From Octopus vulgaris (Eukaryota): DNA of 64,000 bases. Numbering within the stretch: the stretch's first letter is position 1; every line of letters begins with the position of its first letter. Below, one piece after another: positions 13,016 to 26,404 of this stretch. Location of the stretch: positions 39,246,001-39,310,000 of the forward strand of contig OX597831.1 in the NCBI GenBank assembly GCA_951406725.2, written 5' to 3'. The notes under the pieces are model-generated. The model had not been told where the DNA came from and did not search any database. It saw only the letters and a list, made by a program, of their open reading frames with translations. The translations under genes and the position numbers were made by a program.

Positions 13016-13445
13016 ATGAGAGAGATATTCAGTATTAGCAATGAAAATGAGACGATGGATGGACACGGCTGGAATCGGTCAAGGTTTATTCGTGACTCTG
13101 AGTTATAACTAAAGGTCTTTGACAGTCTACTCTGAGGATCAGCAACATCAACAACAACAGCAAAGAATTAGGTCTTAGGGCCTCTGCAAATCAGCTTTGA
13201 TCAGGTGACTACAGCTAATGTGCAACAACAATATTTGTTTACAGACTTTCCAGTACACCTGCCATTGAAATTGTAATTATTTTAAAACTGATTATCAATT
13301 TTCTCGAAAACTCAAAATAACTTCATCTCAGCACTATGAACCATTAAAGTACAAATCGATTTCCAATAGTTCAATGCTCTATCACTGAATTTGCCTCTCT
13401 GTTCCTCATTCTCGCGCTCCCCCGCTATCTCTCTCTCTGTATATA

Positions 13446-13530
<85 letters not shown>

Positions 13531-13694
13531 ACATACATATATGTACATACATACATATATATTTATGTCTGTGTATATATATGTGTGTGTGTATGTGTGT
13601 GTGTGTATAATAAAATGAATGATTTACACTTGGTAGCTGAGAACTTATAATAAATCACAACAATTGTTTCGACACATCTAGCATCGATTCCTCT

Positions 13695-14506
13695 TGGTTC
13701 AGGAGCATCCAGTGGTGCAGATATATCTCGTCGGTCGATAAATAAATACAATTCGCTGGAATGACTATTAGGCAATGTAACTTTCCATTTTGTAGAGAGA
13801 AAAGCAGTCAGACGGAGGAAACATTTTTATTAGATGACACAGAGAGAAACGAACTCGCAATCCAGCGAGAAAAATATAAAAAATATACCGTTTACTCTTA
13901 ACCTTCCTATTCTTATAAACACCAAGATGAGCGAGTGTACTCGCATCGTGCTGCTTGCCCGAGGGCGTTTATACATCCATATCTGCTACTCTTTACTCTT
14001 TTACTCTTTTACTTGTTTCAGTCATTTACTTGTTTCAGTCATTTGACTGCGGCCATGCTGGAGCACCCCCTTTTAGTCGAGCAAATCGACCCCGGGACTT
14101 ATTCTTTGTAAGCCCAGTACTTATTCTATCGGTCTCTTTTTTGCCGAACCACTAAGTGACGGGGACGTAAACACACCAGCATCGGTTGTCATGCAATGCT
14201 AGGGGGACAAACACAGACACACAAACACACACATACATATACATATATATATACATATATACGACAGGCTTCTTTCAGTTTCCGTCTACCAAATCCACTC
14301 ACAAGGCTTTGGTCGGCCCGAGGCTATAGTAGAAGACACTTGCCCAAGGTGCCACGCAGTGGGACTGAACCCGGAACCATGCGGTTGGTAAACAAGCTAC
14401 TTACCACACAGCCACTCCTGCGCTATATGACTATTTTTAATATTTTTCTCGCTGGATTGCGTTTTCGTTTCTCTTTTTGCCTTCTGTGATTTTATTTTTG
14501 ATCTTC

Positions 14507-14569
<63 letters not shown>

Positions 14570-14700
14570 GTATTTCCTCCTTCTGGCTGCTTTTGTCTCT
14601 ACAAAACGGGACGTTACATTGCGGAACAGTCATTTTAACGAGTATGTATTTATTTATCACCCGACGAGATACATCTGCACCACTGGATGCTCCTGAACCA
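13695..14700. mobile_element. Fold-back/MITE-like element with long imperfect TIRs (13695-13885 and 14430-14700) enclosing a SINE
   Basis: tggttcaggagcatccagtggtgcaga.. versus ..tctgcaccactggatgctcctgaacca; both strands translate alike (RRD.SAPLDAPEP, SQSSEKNIKN / TQSSEKNIKN in the ORF track). Confidence 0.8.
13990..14422 (-). mobile_element. SINE family A, full length, young-looking
   Basis: Complete head (gcgcaggagtggctgtgtggtaagtagcttg) to tail, with a short duplication in the tail. Confidence 0.92.
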
Positions 14701-14799
14701 GTTGTTGAGTGTCCCACACAAGAGGAATATATGCTCAATATTAAGGTTTACTTATTTGAATATGTATTTCTTAAGAAGAAATGTTTTCCCCGACTTCTA

Positions 14800-15375
14800 C
14801 TTCTCTTCACCCCTACTCTCTTTCCCTCTTCTCTCTTACTCTCTTTCTCTCTTCTCTCCTACTCTCTTTCTCTCTTTCACTCCCCTCTTTCCCTCTTCCC
14901 TCTTACTCTCTTTCCCTCTTCTCTCTTCTCTCCTAATCTTTCACCCTCTCTTTCTCTCTTCTCTCTCTTACCCTCTCTTTCTCTCTCTTCTCTCCTCCTC
15001 TCTCTCCTCACATACCCACCTTCCCCTTCCCCATAAGCCCACCCACCCCTACACATTCCTACTCCACCATCCCTATCCTTCCTATCCCACATACCCCACC
15101 TCTACCCCCACCCTCTGCTTATCCACAAACCCCAACTCTACCCTAACTCTCAGCCGTACCCACACCCCAGCTATGCTTTCCCCACTCTCGCCTCCCCCAC
15201 CTCCAAACAACATCACACCACACCATACTACACCATACAACATTACACATCACATAACAACACACACCCCACTCACCCATGCCCACATTTTCACACCTAC
15301 ACATACATACACGCACACGTCCAGACCACCAGCCCTCTTTCACACGCACATACATATTCTCTTATACACACACGC
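14800..15375. repeat. Polypyrimidine (CT-rich) and CA-rich low-complexity tract
   Basis: Degenerate ctct/ccct repeats followed by cac/acac repeats. Confidence 0.85.
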
Positions 15376-15532
15376 ACCTTCGTGTTGGTGGTCATCTTTA
15401 CTTTGTTATCTCCCCTACTTTCCTTCTCGTGTGTGACACTTCTGTCCGAGTCAGATGCCATGATAGATCGTTAGCCACTACACACTTCATTTTGTTTTCT
15501 CTCCTTGTTTCTCTCCTTGTTTCTTTCTGTCC

Positions 15533-15568
15533 CTTTCTGTAGAAGAGCATAGGCTCGAAACGTAAAAG
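15533..15568 (+). ncRNA. Minimal hammerhead-like motif with variant core CUGUAGA inside a dispersed repeat (about 15380-15660)
   Basis: Helix I cttt/aaag; CTGTAGA-A; helix II gagc-atag-gctc; GAAAC-GTA (ACGT palindrome). Related degenerate copy on the minus strand at 27085-27120. Confidence 0.68.
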
Positions 15569-15657
15569 ACTTTTTTTCTATTCCTGAGCGTTATACTAAT
15601 ACATCTTTTTGTTTTGTACACCACCTGTCTTCGTCTTTTGTTTTTTTCGTAAACTCT

Positions 15658-15705
<48 letters not shown>

Positions 15706-16604
15706 TCTCAATCATGATATGTAATTCTTCTAAGATGTGGTGTTGTTCTTTGACCACAGTAACATACCTGAATAAGTGACTAGAAAGTCTTGCCACGATT
15801 CCAGCCGTGCCCATCATGTCATTTTTATTGCAGGTACTGGATATCTGTGTCAGTCTTTTATAAGATAGTAGACTATGATATAAGGCAGATTTTACTGCTA
15901 TTTCTCGTAGAATGCGCCATCGCTTATTAAAGATCACGTTATGTGTCTTGTTTAACTGAAGAGAGAAAATGTCCTTTCGAAGAAGCAAAGTGATGTACAT
16001 GAAGTAGCGCAGGTGAAATGTTATCGACTGACTCCCTGATAGTTCAATAGCCAATCGACTTGGGCATTCGTGATTGCAGAGACAGACGGACGAATTAGTA
16101 AAATGAATGAATGAGTTTGTGTATGTGTGTGTGTATATGCGTGCGTGTTTGTTTAGGTATGTATGCATGCATGTATGTATGTATGTATGTATGTATGTAT
16201 GTATGTATGTATGTATGTATGTATGTATGTACATGTGTATGTCTGAATGTATGTATGCGTGCATGTGTGTATGTATGCATACATGTATGTGTGTATGTAC
16301 GTGTGCATGCATGTGTGTATGTTGTATGTATGTATTATGTATGTATATATGTATATATGTATGTATGTATCTTTTCAATTATTCGAATTCCTCCCGCAAG
16401 GAAGAAGCTGTTATCTAACGATCCTGGTTCCATCTCGGTATTTAGAGTGTGTGCCAACTGCAGAGGCACGTGAATTGGCCCCACCACCACCGGCGTATAG
16501 ACTGATACAGGTTTATACGACAGACCCAAAGTACGGTCCCCATAAATGCATCACCCGAAGCAGTCCTCTACCTCAATCACCCATTAGCTACGTTACTGCA
16601 TCTA

Positions 16605-16755
16605 CAAGGTTTAGAAATTGGCACTCTGTCGAACCACTTCAAATGGAGGATCTGCCAGAAACATTTGTTGACGAAGGTCTGGATCTTTCTTGTAGTTGCT
16701 GCAGGCTGCTCTCCCTGTTTCAGAGCCATACAAAAGCACAGATTTTACGTTTACC
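16605..16755 (-). mobile_element. RTE-clade LINE fragment (region after the RT domain)
   Basis: Minus-strand translation NVKSVLLYGSETGR.. / TTRKIQTFVNKCFWQILHLKWFDRVP. Confidence 0.8.
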
Positions 16756-18359
16756 CCCTAAGAAAATAATCATTAATAATTCGATTTACCGGATTTCAGA
16801 GCTGCATCTCTTTGCTTTGGTATGCTATGTGGTTTGTTGCCTGATCCATTAAGGGAACTTTTTTATGAATAACACTAGTTTAGTTAAATCCATACATTGT
16901 GTATTAATTTCATATAAAATTATAGAAATATGTGGGTGGACATGTTTGTGCGTGTATGCATGAGGAAGATACAGAAGGCTGAAGAAAATATCTATTCATT
17001 TGCATGTGTTCAGCAGATGTACAGTTTATCAAAATATATTAATAGTCATGTTGTCCTTAAGTCATGAATTTATTCAGTTTTAATTAATTACTATTAAATT
17101 CACCAAACACTATGTCCTTGGATTTCTACACACAACATCCTTAGCAATAAGGCTTATTAATTCCTCGCCAGGTGTTGCTTTAGCTGTTATTAAGTCTTGT
17201 TAGATTAAAATGTAGTAGCTGTTGTTAGTCTTTTTTTTTTTTTTTTTTTGCTAATGGTTTGATCAGAAAGTGACAATGCAAGTGAGAGAAGTGTTCTGTC
17301 TTAAAGCCACCATTGAATTTATACAAACACTGTTTAACATTCATTTTATTTGTTTGTCTTAACAAAAGCCTGGCACGAAATCTCTTTCGACTATTTGAAA
17401 TAAATCTAAGCGGTCTTTTTAAATGAAGGGGACAAAAGTGAACTTCTAATTGGTCCTTTGGAACTCTATTTAAGCACAAATATCCGAAACCTATTGTTTA
17501 AAACAAAACAAAATATAATAATTCAAAAAAAAAGTATGGAATTTAAATTTTTTTGATTCAGATAACGAACGTAAAAAGTAAAGGGACAAACTCTATTTCT
17601 TTCTAACATCAAATGGAAAGAGAATGCGAAGGGTTTTAAATTTATTTAGATGGAAGTGAGAGGAAGAATGAATGAGCTGATATTTCAATCAAGTCATGAA
17701 CGGAGGTTTAAGAAGGGTTTTATTTTATTAGATTTTTTTTTATTCCTTTCAAAGAATAAACAGAACGGGTAGTGTTTTCGATATCGTTTAATGTTTTAAA
17801 CAGAATGAGAAGACTTTTTAGATTCGTTCAGATGGAAGAGAAAAGACAAATGAAAGGAAGTAGAAAAGAAAAACGAAGAGGACTGTGTATTCCATTAGAT
17901 GGTAAATGAAAAGGCATTTTGCATTACATTGAAATGGTTAATGGAAAACTAAAGAGCATGCCTTGAAATTTATTTCAAGAAATGAACAAAAACTTTATAA
18001 GAGGTTTTTTAAATTTAATTTTTTTTTTATTTTTCCGTTTTCCCTAATTTCTTGATGTGATCCAATAAAGATGAAGATATTTTTAGGGATTATAACTAAG
18101 GAAAAAATGTTTTTTTATATATTTTGATATTTCTTCAAATGCTCAAAAGAAACAGAAACGATAAGATCTTCAAGATGCTGTGGTTTTGAATGTAAGACGG
18201 AAAAATTTTTAACTTTCATTTGAATGACTAAAAGAAAGAAAAGGGGATATTCATAAAATTCAAAAGATACACAAAAAGAAGCGATACTTATCTATAAATA
18301 TTCCTCAAACAGTAAATTAAAGTAGCGAAGAGATCCAATTTTATTTATTTATTTATTTA

Positions 18360-18750
18360 CTAGCAGTATTGCCCGGCGTTGCTCGGGTTTGTTTCGACCC
18401 TTTAGAATTGGAATTTTTGAAAAGTAAAAATTTTGCATTATGTAGCTTGTTATTCTCTGTAAGTGAACATTTTTCTGGTTGAAATACACCGAAATATGGC
18501 GACACAGCAGTCAAAAAATCGTAAAAAATAGAGATTCTCATAGAAAAAAAGCACCTTTTTGATGTAAATAATTTTTGGTCTTAACATGTTCCGATTTGAA
18601 TTTGTATCTTCTACGGAATGAAGAGCAATCTTTCTTCTATCATACTCTCAATTTTGGTCAACTTCCGCCGCAGGGTCTTGGAGGAGATAGTGTTAGTTGA
18701 AGGCTGCCAAGCCTGCCACACACAGACAACTTCAGCTTTATATAGAGAGA
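18360..18750 (-). mobile_element. Non-autonomous Helitron inserted in a (TTTA)n tract
   Basis: Minus strand starts A|TCTCTCTATATAAAGCTG and ends cccgagcaacgccgggcaatactgCTAG|T; same 3' end as 7904-8416. Confidence 0.9.
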
Positions 18751-19101
18751 TTTATTTATTTTATTTATTTATTTTCAGCGAGTTATTTTTGTTTCTTATA
18801 CAATACTAGGGTAATACCTTAAGTGACACCATAATAAAAACTGAATTAAGTTATTAAAATCATATGTTACATGGCTGCGTATGGTTAAGATATTCGCTTC
18901 GCAATTACGAGATTACGAGTCCATTCTGAGCGGACAAAAACCTTGTGAATAAAAAACCAGTAAAAGGAAAATACATGTAAGTATGTGCGTGTATATGTGT
19001 ATGCATGTGTATGGGTGTGTATGTATGTATCTACATGTAACCACTTGTCAATCGTTGGCGATTTTCTTCCTCCATTTTCATTTTCTATTGGACTTTCCTC
19101 T

Positions 19102-19136
19102 GTTTCTGAAGAAGAGTGTTGCTCGAAACGTTAAAC
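19102..19136 (+). ncRNA. Minimal type-I hammerhead ribozyme with complete catalytic core
   Basis: gttt-CTGAAGA-A-gagt-gtt-gctc-GAAAC-GTT-aaac: helix I gttt/aaac, helix II 4 bp (one G.U), helix III reduced to the ACGT palindrome, GUU cleavage triplet. Confidence 0.82.
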
Positions 19137-19952
19137 CACCTTTATTTCCTCCCTAAGCGTCTGCTAATACTTTACATGAACCAGGTGCTCACGTTATTTT
19201 TTTGTGTTTGTTCTTTTTTTTATTTATTATGTATTTATGTATGTGTGTGTATGTAAGTGTGTGTATGAATGGATGTATGTATGTGTGTGCATGCGTGTGT
19301 GTATGTGTGTGTGCGTGCGTGTGTGTGTGTATGTATGTATGTATGTATGTGTGTGTAGGTGTGTGTGTGCGTGTGTGTGTATGTATGCATGTGTGTGTAT
19401 GTGAGTATGTGAGCATGTATGTATATATGCATGTCTGTGTGGGCGTAAGTGTGTCTATTTGTATTTATGTATGTATATATGTGTGTGTAAGTGTGTGCGC
19501 GTATGTGTGTGCATGTATGTGTATGTATGTATGTGCGTGTGCGAGTATGCATGTGTGTGTGTGCGTGTGTGCGTGTGCATGTGTATGTATTATATATATA
19601 TATGTATATGTATATGTGTGTGTGTGTGCGTGTGTGTGTGTGTGTGTGTTTGCGTGTGTGTTTTGGTGTTAGTAATAACAAATGGGAAGGAATAATTGAC
19701 TACTGAAAATAGAGTATGAACACTATTGTTTTCTTTTCAAGATGGCCGACGGATATAAGAGCGGTTTTAACACTTGAGAAAACATTTAGTTTCAGTGAAC
19801 TGGTATCATCTGATGGAATTAAATCACTTGAGTGTTACTACGTGTATGTGTGTGTATGTGTGTATGTGTGAACATATGTATGTGTGTATAGGTTGTGAGA
19901 TTAGTGAATCAAACGAAAGATACAGTTTGCTATTTCACTCTCTTAGTTACAT

Positions 19953-20350
19953 AAGGCGGCGAGCTGGCAGAATCGTTAGCACGCCGGGCGAAACGCTTAG
20001 CGGTATTTCGTCTGCCGTTACGTTTTGAGTTCAAATTCCACCGAGGTCGACTTTGCCTTTCATCCTTTCGGGGTCGACTAAATAAGTACCAGTTACGCTC
20101 TGGGGTCGATGTAATCGACTTAATCCGTTTGTCTGTCCTTGTTTGTCCTCTCTGTGTTTAGCCCCTTGTGGGTAGTAAAGAAATAGGTATTTCGTCTGTC
20201 TTTATGTCCTGAGTTCAAATTCCACCGAGGTCGATTTTTGCCTTCCATCCTTTCGGGGTCGATAAATTAAGTACCAGTTACGTACTGGTGTCGATCTAAC
20301 CCACTGAAACCCTCCCCCAAAATGTTGGGCCCTATATCAAGAGTAGAAAA
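19953..20350 (+). mobile_element. SINE family B, head plus partially tandem-duplicated body
   Basis: aaggcggcgagctggcagaatcgttagc A-box, gagttcaaattcc B-box, central gcctttcatcctttcggggtcgataaattaagtaccag domain; body restarts at ggtatttcgtctg (~20187). An older copy follows at about 20465-20650. Confidence 0.9.
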
Positions 20351-20734
20351 GACTGTTTGTTACGTCCCTTTGCACATCTTGTGAAATTTGTCTTTTATCG
20401 CTCATGATAGATGAAACGAATACAGACGAATTTCATTTGTCAACATGATTGTGAATGATTCTTGTCCGAATCGTTAGCACGACAGACAGAATACTTAGCT
20501 GCATTTCTTTCATCTTTACGATGTCAGTTCAAATTCCACTGACGTCGTCGACCTTGCTTTTCATCCTATCTGGGGCGATACAATCAGTAACAGTCAAGTA
20601 CTAGGGTCGATGTAATCGACTTATCGACCCCACTCGAAATTGCTGGATTTGTGGTGTAATAACCGGTAAGTATATAACTGTGGTCACAGCTTTCTGCTTT
20701 TGTTTACAGATCCTCAGTTTTAGGTCGTCAAGCG

Positions 20735-21250
20735 ATAAGTACAGAGCAACGTACTAACCTGAGGTTTTCTGATCTGACTAGAGGAGACTCTATCAGAAGC
20801 ACTTGGACTACTGCAACAAGTCTACGGAGATGAGACGGTGTAACGCTTACTGTTTTTCGATTGGCACAAGATGCTCAAACAGGGACGCGATGGTGATGAA
20901 AACGACACCAGGAGTGAACGATCTTCAACGATCAGGGCTGAGGTCAACGTTGAGCGCGTGAGGTAGGTGGTGCGTATCGATCGTTGGTTGATTGTTCGAC
21001 TGATTGCAAGGGAGCTGGGCATGAACCGCGACAGCTGGAAGATTATAACAGAAGATTTTCGCATGCGGGATATTTTCACGAAGATGGTGCAGAAGCCGCT
21101 AAACAATAATCAGGAGGAGTGGTGCATGCGTGTCTCTCAGGACATCAAGTGCATTCAAACCAAACGAGATTTGCTAGAGAGAGTCAACACCGGTAGAGAG
21201 TCATGAATATTTGAGTGTCACCTGGAGACCAAGTGCCAAAGGTTCGTAAC
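20735..21250 (+). mobile_element. Mariner transposase N-terminal relic
   Basis: STEQRTNLRF, LQQVYGDE, FDWHKMLKQGR, DRWLIVRLIARELGMN..IITEDFRMR..KMVQK, NTGRES*IFE: HTH region through the first catalytic-D block. Confidence 0.8.
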
Positions 21251-21261
21251 AACGGAGCTGC

Positions 21262-21313
21262 GGGAGAATTCCAGGAGAATCCCAGGAGAATCCCAGGAGA
21301 ATCCCAGGAGAAT
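21262..21313. repeat. 11-bp tandem repeat (cccaggagaat)n
   Basis: About 4.5 copies. Confidence 0.9.
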
Positions 21314-21359
21314 CTTTATAGGAGATATGGAAGCGTGGTGGAGAAGAATAGAAAATATA

Positions 21360-21393
<34 letters not shown>

Positions 21394-22401
21394 CATTTAC
21401 ATACACACACACACATGCATACATATATACATACATATATATATATATGCATATATATGTATAATTACAAATTTCAGTGGGTATGCTGTATATGTGTGCG
21501 CTTGTCCTAAAAATGTATGAGGTTGTAATATGATGTAGAGCATATACAAATATATGTAATCATATTTAAGATTCCAAACATCTTGTATAAATTCATAAAT
21601 CAAATTCGTACATATATATAGAGCAACTTTTAATTAAAATGCATAAAACAAGCTTCATAAAAGACCGTTAGCTTCAATTTAGTGCATCTAGAAGTCAGAC
21701 CTTCGAGTGTGTTTCGCAAAACACATTGTAATTATGGCTTAGTCAGTCGAGGGTAGATAACTCTTCTACCGTTTATGCAGGGTCTCCGAGTTTAGTGGTT
21801 CAAGAATAGGCTAACTTTTTGTGCAATAAACAATAAATTTTTGCCAAACTATACCATTGCTAAAATATTAAACAGTATTGTTAACTGTATGAAATAAATG
21901 TATTAGGAAACCTTGAATGTGTGGATTTCGTACAGTTGATGTTAGAGGAAGAATCGGTAAAGTCGCAAACGGTAGACTAGTGCCTTCAAACATTGGTTAT
22001 AAAAACTCTATATGATTATTGACACCAACAGAAGTGAAAATGTAGAAGGATTAGGAAATTGCTGGCAACAAAAGTAGTTATATCGTAAGTATAAGGGGGA
22101 TTCTATCACAAGATATTGCTAGTTTTTCTTTTCAAATATTTTGTGATAATTCAAATATATATCTAGAAATTATCGAATCAGAGATCAAGGAGTCTAAAAT
22201 CCAGAGAATTCAAGACGTTATATAGATAACTGTCCAGCAAATAGTATATGCATGCAGGTATGCATATATGGCTCTAGATATTCATATAGATATGTAGATA
22301 TATATGTATGCATGTACATATGTTTTTATGGTTTCATGGATATATGTTCGAATGTATTGATGGGTGAATGTAAATAAATATATAAACATATACATAAAAG
22401 G

Positions 22402-22478
<77 letters not shown>

Positions 22479-22485
22479 GATACAC

Positions 22486-22590
<105 letters not shown>

Positions 22591-22942
22591 TCATTTATGT
22601 TTCTATATGCATCACAAGTCTTCAAAAGTAGATATAGGTCTCAAAGACATATTTTATCAATTCTTTTTGCATTCGATACAAATTTATTAAAACAAAAACA
22701 CATAACAAATTGTCCTACGAAAAGAGAATAAATATACAATAGAGAGTTGTAAAAAGATATCGGAAGTAGCAAAAATTGATATATTCGTGATCTGAAAGTA
22801 TCGGGAAAGAATATTTTTCTGTAGTTATAAATGATGAGTGGTGGGAAACAGTTTCCGAAAACACATATTACTTGAATGAAACAAGGACGATTGAATACAG
22901 AATATCGCATCAATACAATACATACTTTTGTATACATAGAAA

Positions 22943-23008
<66 letters not shown>

Positions 23009-23441
23009 GTGTGTGGGGGAAGTGTGCAAGAGACACTGACTGTGAGATTGCAAATAGGAAAGAGAGAAAAATAATATTACGGAAGAAAGAATACAGAGAA
23101 AAGATTAAGGAGCAGAAAGGTGTTATTCGTAAAAGTCTATGACGTATAAGTATACATGTATCTGCATGTACGTATGCATGCACAGAAGGGTCTGTATACA
23201 TTTGCTTTGTAAGTATATGTATATAGATATATAGATACATGCATATGCATAAATATATATATATACATATATATATGCATATGTGTGTGTGTTTGAATAT
23301 ATATATATACAGATACACACTCTGTATATATATATATATGCATGTATGTGTATGTTTTCTATGTATATACACACGTATAAATGTATGTGCGCTGAGGCGA
23401 AAGAGAAGGTTAGATCCAGAAAATCCCAAGCATATATGTGC

Positions 23442-23491
<50 letters not shown>

Positions 23492-23540
23492 ATATGTATA
23501 TAATATATATAAATAAATGCACCTCTCTCTCTCTCTCTCT

Positions 23541-23583
<43 letters not shown>

Positions 23584-23712
23584 GGTATGCATAGATATAT
23601 ATATATACATATACATACATATATACACAAATATACATACTTATATACAAATATGTGTATATATTTATGTATATATGGTTATGTAGTGTATCTATCTGTC
23701 TCTCCCTCTTTT

Positions 23713-23750
<38 letters not shown>

Positions 23751-23759
23751 CGAAGATCC

Positions 23760-23803
<44 letters not shown>

Positions 23804-24593
23804 ATTTAGATATATGCATACATATAAGGAAGAGGTGTGTGGGTAGGTCACAAATTTTAAAGCAACACAAAGCATATCTTCCTTCTAGAGGAATTCCGGT
23901 CTCTGCACTAATTCCTCGTGTATTGTCGCAAGTATGCTTATTCCTGATATACATTCGTTCCCTGTTGCTTCACTCTTTCATTACCAGTTCTGTCTTATTG
24001 ACATCTGAATGACGTTCTATAGCAACATGTCGACAAAAAGACTGCATCATCTTAACGTCCTTTTATTGATCAAAAACGCTATAAGAAATCAATGTAAACT
24101 ATATTTATTCAGTTATTCTATTTCGGATTGGAGTGTAATTCGTCTTATAGACACTCTAAAATCTTTTTCTTTGCTATGGGTATTATAAAGAAAATTCCTA
24201 TATATAATTTAAACCGTTTTCTTTCGTTCCTACTTCATCTGCATCACGCAGAGAGATGTGACGTTAGCTATGCATGTGTTTGGGTGCGTACATTTCTGTG
24301 GTGGGTGTATGTGTCAGTGTGTACTGGTGTGTCAGCGTGTACTTGTGCGCTTGTGCTTGTACGCGTATAAGTATTTGTGAGTCTGTCAATACATACATAG
24401 ATATATATATACATATATACATACATATATATATACACATATATATATGTATATATATATGCATATATATGCATATATATTTATATATATATGCATATAT
24501 ATACATATATACATATATACATACACACACACACACATATATATATGTATTCATTTACCTATAGATATACATGTGTATAGCTAGCTAGCTAGC

Positions 24594-24680
<87 letters not shown>

Positions 24681-24829
24681 GCAGGCAGGCATGCAGATAA
24701 ATAGGGCATATGCGTCACTTCTAACAACGTTGCATGTATACGTTTCTTTGTGTTTTGTATAAGCACATACATGTTTTTTGTAATGTATGTATATACGCAA
24801 GATGCACTAAAATAATTTGATACACTCCT

Positions 24830-25270
24830 TGGGTGTTTATATTTCCAATATCAATTAAAATATATTTAAATTTCTAATCATTCAAATTAAAGAAGACCAA
24901 TATATGCGTTTCGAGTTACTGTAAATTTTCCAACTGAGGTCAGTTTGTTCCAGGTTGATGACAAAACTGACGAATGAGATTGTAAACATCACAAATATCA
25001 ATTGATATTTGGGTGCATTCTCTTCTAATGACTTTTATCTTATTGATTATTGCCTGTTTTACGCAATAAACCCTTATTTTCATTCATTAGTTTTTCTTTC
25101 CCTCACAAAAAAAAGCCCATTGGCTGAAATCTGGTGAATGCGCATGGTATTCAGTGCTATCTGTTTGCGCAGTCTCCTAGTTTGGAAGATTATCATAAAG
25201 ATATAATCCTTCACATCAAAAGGCTATTAGGGAAATGTTCCATTTCGATACAACTATATGTTCGTCTATC
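24830..25270 (-). mobile_element. Highly decayed Tc1/mariner-superfamily relic
   Basis: Minus strand near 25100-25147 reads HSPDFSQWAFF, resembling the SPDL.P.DFFLWG motif. Confidence 0.5.
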
Positions 25271-25599
25271 GGAGCAACGAAGACTATTTATCTATCTTTA
25301 AAGATGACGTATGACTTCCACCCGATCCAGTCTTCACATGAATGGGTAGGCAAACCCTAATATGCTAATGAACTCACCCATAGCTGGGACCTTGACAGGT
25401 GCTACTACTCCGGGTCCAAGTAGCCCTTGGGTCAGTATTGGTCAAGTGGTTGTACCACACTGCTCAAAATACTGGAACTTCCTAACATTGACCCCACTAA
25501 AGTCATGCCCAGAACATTACTAGAACTAAAATACCCAACGAATACTTCGCCTTATGTATTCCTGTAGTATGTTTAAATCTACATCACCAATATGTTGGT

Positions 25600-25763
25600 G
25601 CAGGTGAGGTTGTATGGTATGAAGCTTACTTCCCGACCACATGGTTCTGGGTTCAGTCCCACTGTGTAGCAGCCTGGGCGAATGTCTTTTACTATTGCCT
25701 GGGACCGAACAAAACCTTGTGAGCGGATTTGGTAGACGGAAACTCGAAGAAGCCGGCCGTATA

Positions 25764-25765
<2 letters not shown>
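25600..25765 (+). mobile_element. SINE family A, 5' half
   Basis: accacatggttctgggttcagtcccactg..gatttggtagacggaaactcgaagaagccggccgtata. Confidence 0.85.
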
Positions 25766-25812
<47 letters not shown>

Positions 25813-26404
25813 CGTGTGTGTGTGTGTGTGTATGTGTGTGCATGTATACATGCACTCCTTTCTGTTTACATTCTCAGACCGTTCTCTCTCTATCAACCAT
25901 CACCCCACCATTCCTTGTATCTGACACTCATTCACTCTTTACCATATCATCTTTTTACACCCTCATATCTTTCTCTCTCTATTACTCTCACCTCCCAATT
26001 CCTTCTATAAATTTATCTTGACTGACCACCAACCATTTCACTTTCCCTCTCTTCATTGCCTTTCTGTTTTCTCTTATTGTTTTTTCTTTTTTCCTTTTTA
26101 TCTTCTTTGTTCCTCTCTTACTGTTTAGATTTGAACTTACAAATACATTCCCAACCTTTAAGTCACTTTAAATATAACCTTCGATTCAATAACACCGTGT
26201 ACAAACTCTATACTTGGAATGACCAATTTTAAATACGATTGGAACTTACTCACAAGAAAGTGGAAGCTTGTATGTATGCCATTCTGCCTAAATAATGGAT
26301 CTACAAATGCAATATCCCTACATATCTCACGTTTATCTTCATTCCGTCACTCTCTATTTCATATCTTATCTAAAATAACTATTGCATAACCATATTTTCA
26401 CACC

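Noticed and set aside
15700-15960. Possible LINE coding fragment on the minus strand
   Set aside because: Only vague resemblance; no motif I can identify with confidence.
16247-16852. 201-aa plus-strand ORF with plausible-looking composition
   Set aside because: It starts in a TATG microsatellite and its distal part is the antisense of an RTE LINE fragment.
21262-21313. Short direct repeats as a CRISPR array
   Set aside because: Head-to-tail 11-mers without spacers in eukaryotic DNA; no cas genes.
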